From Minisyncoccota bacterium (lineage in GTDB: Bacteria > Patescibacteriota > Minisyncoccia > Phycocordibacterales > Phycocordibacteraceae): 64,000 bases of DNA. The DNA is taken from positions 60,674-124,673 of the forward strand of contig JAGOSG010000002.1 in NCBI GenBank assembly GCA_018062445.1. The letters are read 5' to 3'. Position 1 is the first letter of the stretch. Each line of letters begins with the position of its first letter. The notes under the pieces are model-generated. The model made no database searches and was not told the origin of the DNA. It saw only the letters and a program-made list of their open reading frames with translations. The translations under genes and the position numbers were made by a program. Below, one piece after another: positions 61,888 through 64,000 of the stretch.

Positions 61888-61912
61888 AAAAAAAGCCCTG
61901 CGAGGGCTTTGA
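61888..61912 (-). terminator. intrinsic terminator between the 161-aa gene and secE
   Basis: Minus strand: aAAGCCCTCgcaGGGCTTttttttt then the secE ATG. Confidence 0.55.
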
Positions 61913-61958
61913 TTAAGGTATCAAATTGAGACTATTAGGTCAAGAGCGACCAAAAAAC

Positions 61959-62444
61959 CTACCATTGTCGAGGCCTACAACTCTGCACTCGCTCATCAGC
62001 AATACGACGGGCTGTAGCAAAACGAGATTGAGCGGAGGACAAAGAGCGAGTTCTATTTGTTTCTATTCTGCGTCGTTCAATGTCTCGGGCTGCAGGGGTA
62101 AGGTCAGTGCGACGACTAAGCGACTCGAGGGCACTGTCAGCATCCTCGTTTGCTCTCTCAGTGTCATAACGAAAATCATCCCTAGCGTTGATTAGAAGCT
62201 CATTAGCCGAGTCTATTTGTACCCGAAGACATCGCTGCTCATCTTCCTGTCTTCGTCTCGCATCGACATACCCATTCACCGCACCTTGAGCAAATTGACC
62301 CCAGTTAAAATCCTGTCCTGCCTCTGCAGGAGCAGGCGCTGTTCCCGCCAACGCACCAGCAAGACCTAATGTAGCCCAAATAGACGCTTTCTTTGAAGGT
62401 TTTCTTGAAACAAACCCTGCCTCAGAAGATATTCTTTCTCCCAT
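61959..62444 (-). CDS. hypothetical secreted protein (161 aa; signal peptide, Arg/Asp/Glu-rich helical)
   Basis: ...KKASIWATLGLAGALAGTAPAPAEA signal-like segment; composition (Arg-rich, few Lys) and higher GC differ from neighbours. Confidence 0.4.
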   Translation of the reverse strand: MGERISSEAGFVSRKPSKKASIWATLGLAGALAGTAPAPAEAGQDFNWGQFAQGAVNGYVDARRRQEDEQRCLRVQIDSANELLINARDDFRYDTERANEDADSALESLSRRTDLTPAARDIERRRIETNRTRSLSSAQSRFATARRIADERVQSCRPRQW

Positions 62445-62544
62445 GATGCCTACATGATAACACTCCTAAGCTATCCTGTCAATAGCACATTCTGCCAACA
62501 AAAAACCCCGGCAAATGCCGGGGTTTTCCCTAAACGCTTTTTTC

Positions 62545-62576
62545 CTAGAACCTAGAACCTAGAACCTAGAACCTAA
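62545..62576. repeat. tandem heptamer repeat (CCTAGAA) x 4.6
   Basis: cctagaacctagaacctagaacctagaaccta directly after the stop of the SIMPL gene; preceded by a ccctaaacgct motif (62529-62540). Confidence 0.9.
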
Positions 62577-62578
62577 TC

Positions 62579-63439
62579 CTACCGTATCTCGTACGTCACC
62601 GAGACATTCACGATGATTTCATTCTCCCCTGTTGGGACAGATACTTCTGGACGTGGTGCAGTAGCGCCCGCGCTCACCGCCATGTCTTTAGCGTAGTAGA
62701 TAGGGTATCCGCCACCTTCGGAATAATTTACTATTCGTACCAAACGAACACCAAGATCTTTGGCGAGCTCCTTTGCCTGCGCGCGAGCCTTGTCTATCGC
62801 CTCTTTGCGAGCCTCGGCTTTCAAGCCGTCCGGATCCTCAACTGAGAAATTTGGTCCGTAGAGGTTTGTAACTCCCGCTTCACCGAGAGCCGAGAGGACT
62901 TTCCCCGTGTCATCGATCTTGCGAACCTTCACCTCAACGGTTTCTGAGACTGTAAAGCCGATAATCTTTTGCTCCTGATTATAGACACAAGGAACCGCCC
63001 CATAGCACGGCGTTGGTTGCGAATAACGAGGTGAAATGTTGTATGAACTAGTCTTGATGTCCTTCTCGTTAATTTTGAGATCTTTCAACAATGCAAGGGC
63101 AACATTAATCTTCTTTGCGGCCGCATCTTGCGCCTGTGCAGAAGTATCAGCATCTTCAGAGATACTGAAAGAAATTGTGGCAATGTCTGGCGATGCAGAA
63201 ACTTTTCCTTCCCCTGTAACAGAGATGACATTGGTCGGAGGCTCTGTCAGAGTGTCAAAGTTAACAATGGCATTAATTGCCTTTGCTCCAACAAAGATTG
63301 TCGCAACAACAAGGAAGGCTGCAAATAATTTCATAACGAGCCGACTTTTCAAAAGTCCGTGGTGATGTGAATGGTCGTGAGTATCTTTAAGTTCATCCAT
63401 AGAGAAGAATATATTACTGCTATGCGCCCAGTATATCAC
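62579..63439 (-). CDS. SIMPL-domain protein (DUF541 family), membrane-anchored/secreted; real start probably MKLFAAFLVV (about 63331)
   Basis: ...ISVTGEGKVSASPDIATISFSI..., ...KIIGFTVSETVEVKV..., ...IIVNVSVTYEI pattern typical of SIMPL/26-kDa periplasmic proteins. Confidence 0.6.
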   Translation of the reverse strand: MIYWAHSSNIFFSMDELKDTHDHSHHHGLLKSRLVMKLFAAFLVVATIFVGAKAINAIVNFDTLTEPPTNVISVTGEGKVSASPDIATISFSISEDADTSAQAQDAAAKKINVALALLKDLKINEKDIKTSSYNISPRYSQPTPCYGAVPCVYNQEQKIIGFTVSETVEVKVRKIDDTGKVLSALGEAGVTNLYGPNFSVEDPDGLKAEARKEAIDKARAQAKELAKDLGVRLVRIVNYSEGGGYPIYYAKDMAVSAGATAPRPEVSVPTGENEIIVNVSVTYEIR

Positions 63440-63538
63440 TAGGCATATTTAATAAGATTGATGTGGATCTCTCACTAAGACGAAGCTCAGACCTCATCCT
63501 TACGAGCCTTGTTGATGCGTAAAGGTGCTCTGCGCCAT

Positions 63539-63575
63539 ATTCTACTTGCAATTTATTTGCAAATAGAATAGTATC
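63539..63575 (+). promoter_or_regulatory. candidate fur promoter/operator (AT-rich repeat ATTCTAC-TTGCAA-tttat-TTGCAAA-TAGAAT)
   Basis: attctacTTGCAAtttatTTGCAAatagaatagtat ends 1 nt before the fur ATG; TTGCAA / TAGTAT spaced 17 nt; inverted outer arms attcta...tagaat. Confidence 0.35.
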
Positions 63576-63995
63576 ATGCCTATGACTGTCGTCGCAGACG
63601 CCCTCAAAAAAAGAGGTTTCCGAGTAACCACACCACGCATTCGCATCTTCAACGTCTTGCAGAAAGCGTCATATCCTATGAGCGTGCAGGAGGTAAAAAT
63701 GGGAACGAAAGGTGTTGATACAGTAACCGTGTACCGTACACTCGAGGCGTTCAAGCGTGTAGGGCTGGTTGCACAAGTTGACCTCCAACTAGGGCGTGCC
63801 CTCTACGAACTTAAAGAGGGCAAAAGTGACCATCACCACATTGTGTGCGTGAGTTGCAAAAAAATAGAAGATTTCACTGGATGCGACTACCAACCAATCG
63901 CACAGCAAGCCCTAAAACAGTCAAAGGGGTTCACCAAGATTATCAACCATTCGCTAGAACTTTTTGGTCTCTGCACACTCTGCGCGACTAAATAA
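63576..63995 (+). CDS. fur: Fur-family metalloregulator (Fur/Zur/PerR)
   Basis: 139 aa; winged-helix N-domain, HHH (SDHHHIVC), CxxC...CxxC (CVSCKK...CTLCATK). Confidence 0.85.
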   Translation: MPMTVVADALKKRGFRVTTPRIRIFNVLQKASYPMSVQEVKMGTKGVDTVTVYRTLEAFKRVGLVAQVDLQLGRALYELKEGKSDHHHIVCVSCKKIEDFTGCDYQPIAQQALKQSKGFTKIINHSLELFGLCTLCATK

Positions 63996-64000
63996 ATAAC

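Noticed and set aside
62545-62576. CRISPR array
   Set aside because: The tandem repeats here and at 57303-57336 have 7-8-bp units with no spacers; no cas genes in the window; not CRISPR.

Overview
The window (about 45% GC, densely packed, mostly standard translation table) is best read as a streamlined bacterial chromosome segment of Candidate Phyla Radiation / Parcubacteria type. That phylum call is an inference from gene content. Gene content: the rRNA genes are unlinked (16S at 7.7-9.2 kb; 23S-5S at 20.3-23.9 kb, all minus strand) and the 23S carries a roughly 370-nt insertion. Ribosomal proteins L1 and L9 are missing from their usual operon slots, and no Shine-Dalgarno motifs are visible upstream of genes. 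Recognisable content is: murD (partial); a polyamine cluster (SpeA-like arginine decarboxylase, Nudix hydrolase, deoxyhypusine/homospermidine synthase-like, N-carbamoylputrescine amidase, agmatine deiminase); tRNA-Leu(CAG), tRNA-Ile(GAU) and tRNA-Ile fragment repeats; 16S; archaeal-type UMP kinase; secD-secF plus two unknown genes; folD; a cell-envelope sugar cluster (epimerase, polyprenyl glycosylphosphotransferase, GT4 glycosyltransferase, FtsW/RodA); 5S and 23S; rplJ-rplL with a structured leader; a TPR protein; a 1164-aa low-complexity surface protein with a peptidoglycan-binding domain; ftsK, recA, an ECF sigma with a putative anti-sigma, efp, rpsF-ssb-rpsR, tatD, metG, an AI-2E permease, glyQS-type GlyRS, recO-like, ileS, argS, GNAT, glyA, tmk-thyA-dcd-folA, a CofE-like protein sitting where rplA normally is, rplK-nusG-secE, a SIMPL protein and fur. 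Second-look items: IleRS carries an internal histidine-phosphatase (PGAM-type RHG...SHG) domain; the 16S 3' tail reads GGAACAAUUCC instead of GGAUCACCUCC, so the anti-SD is lost; several families of short word-like intergenic repeats (CAGCTTTCAGGT..., CCTAGAA tandem, ACGCTATA tandem, GCCACTAGGG palindromes) recur at gene boundaries; tRNA-Ile 3'-end fragment copies lie between two tRNAs; and an 885-bp noncoding region holds repeated hairpin modules shared with the 16S upstream region.
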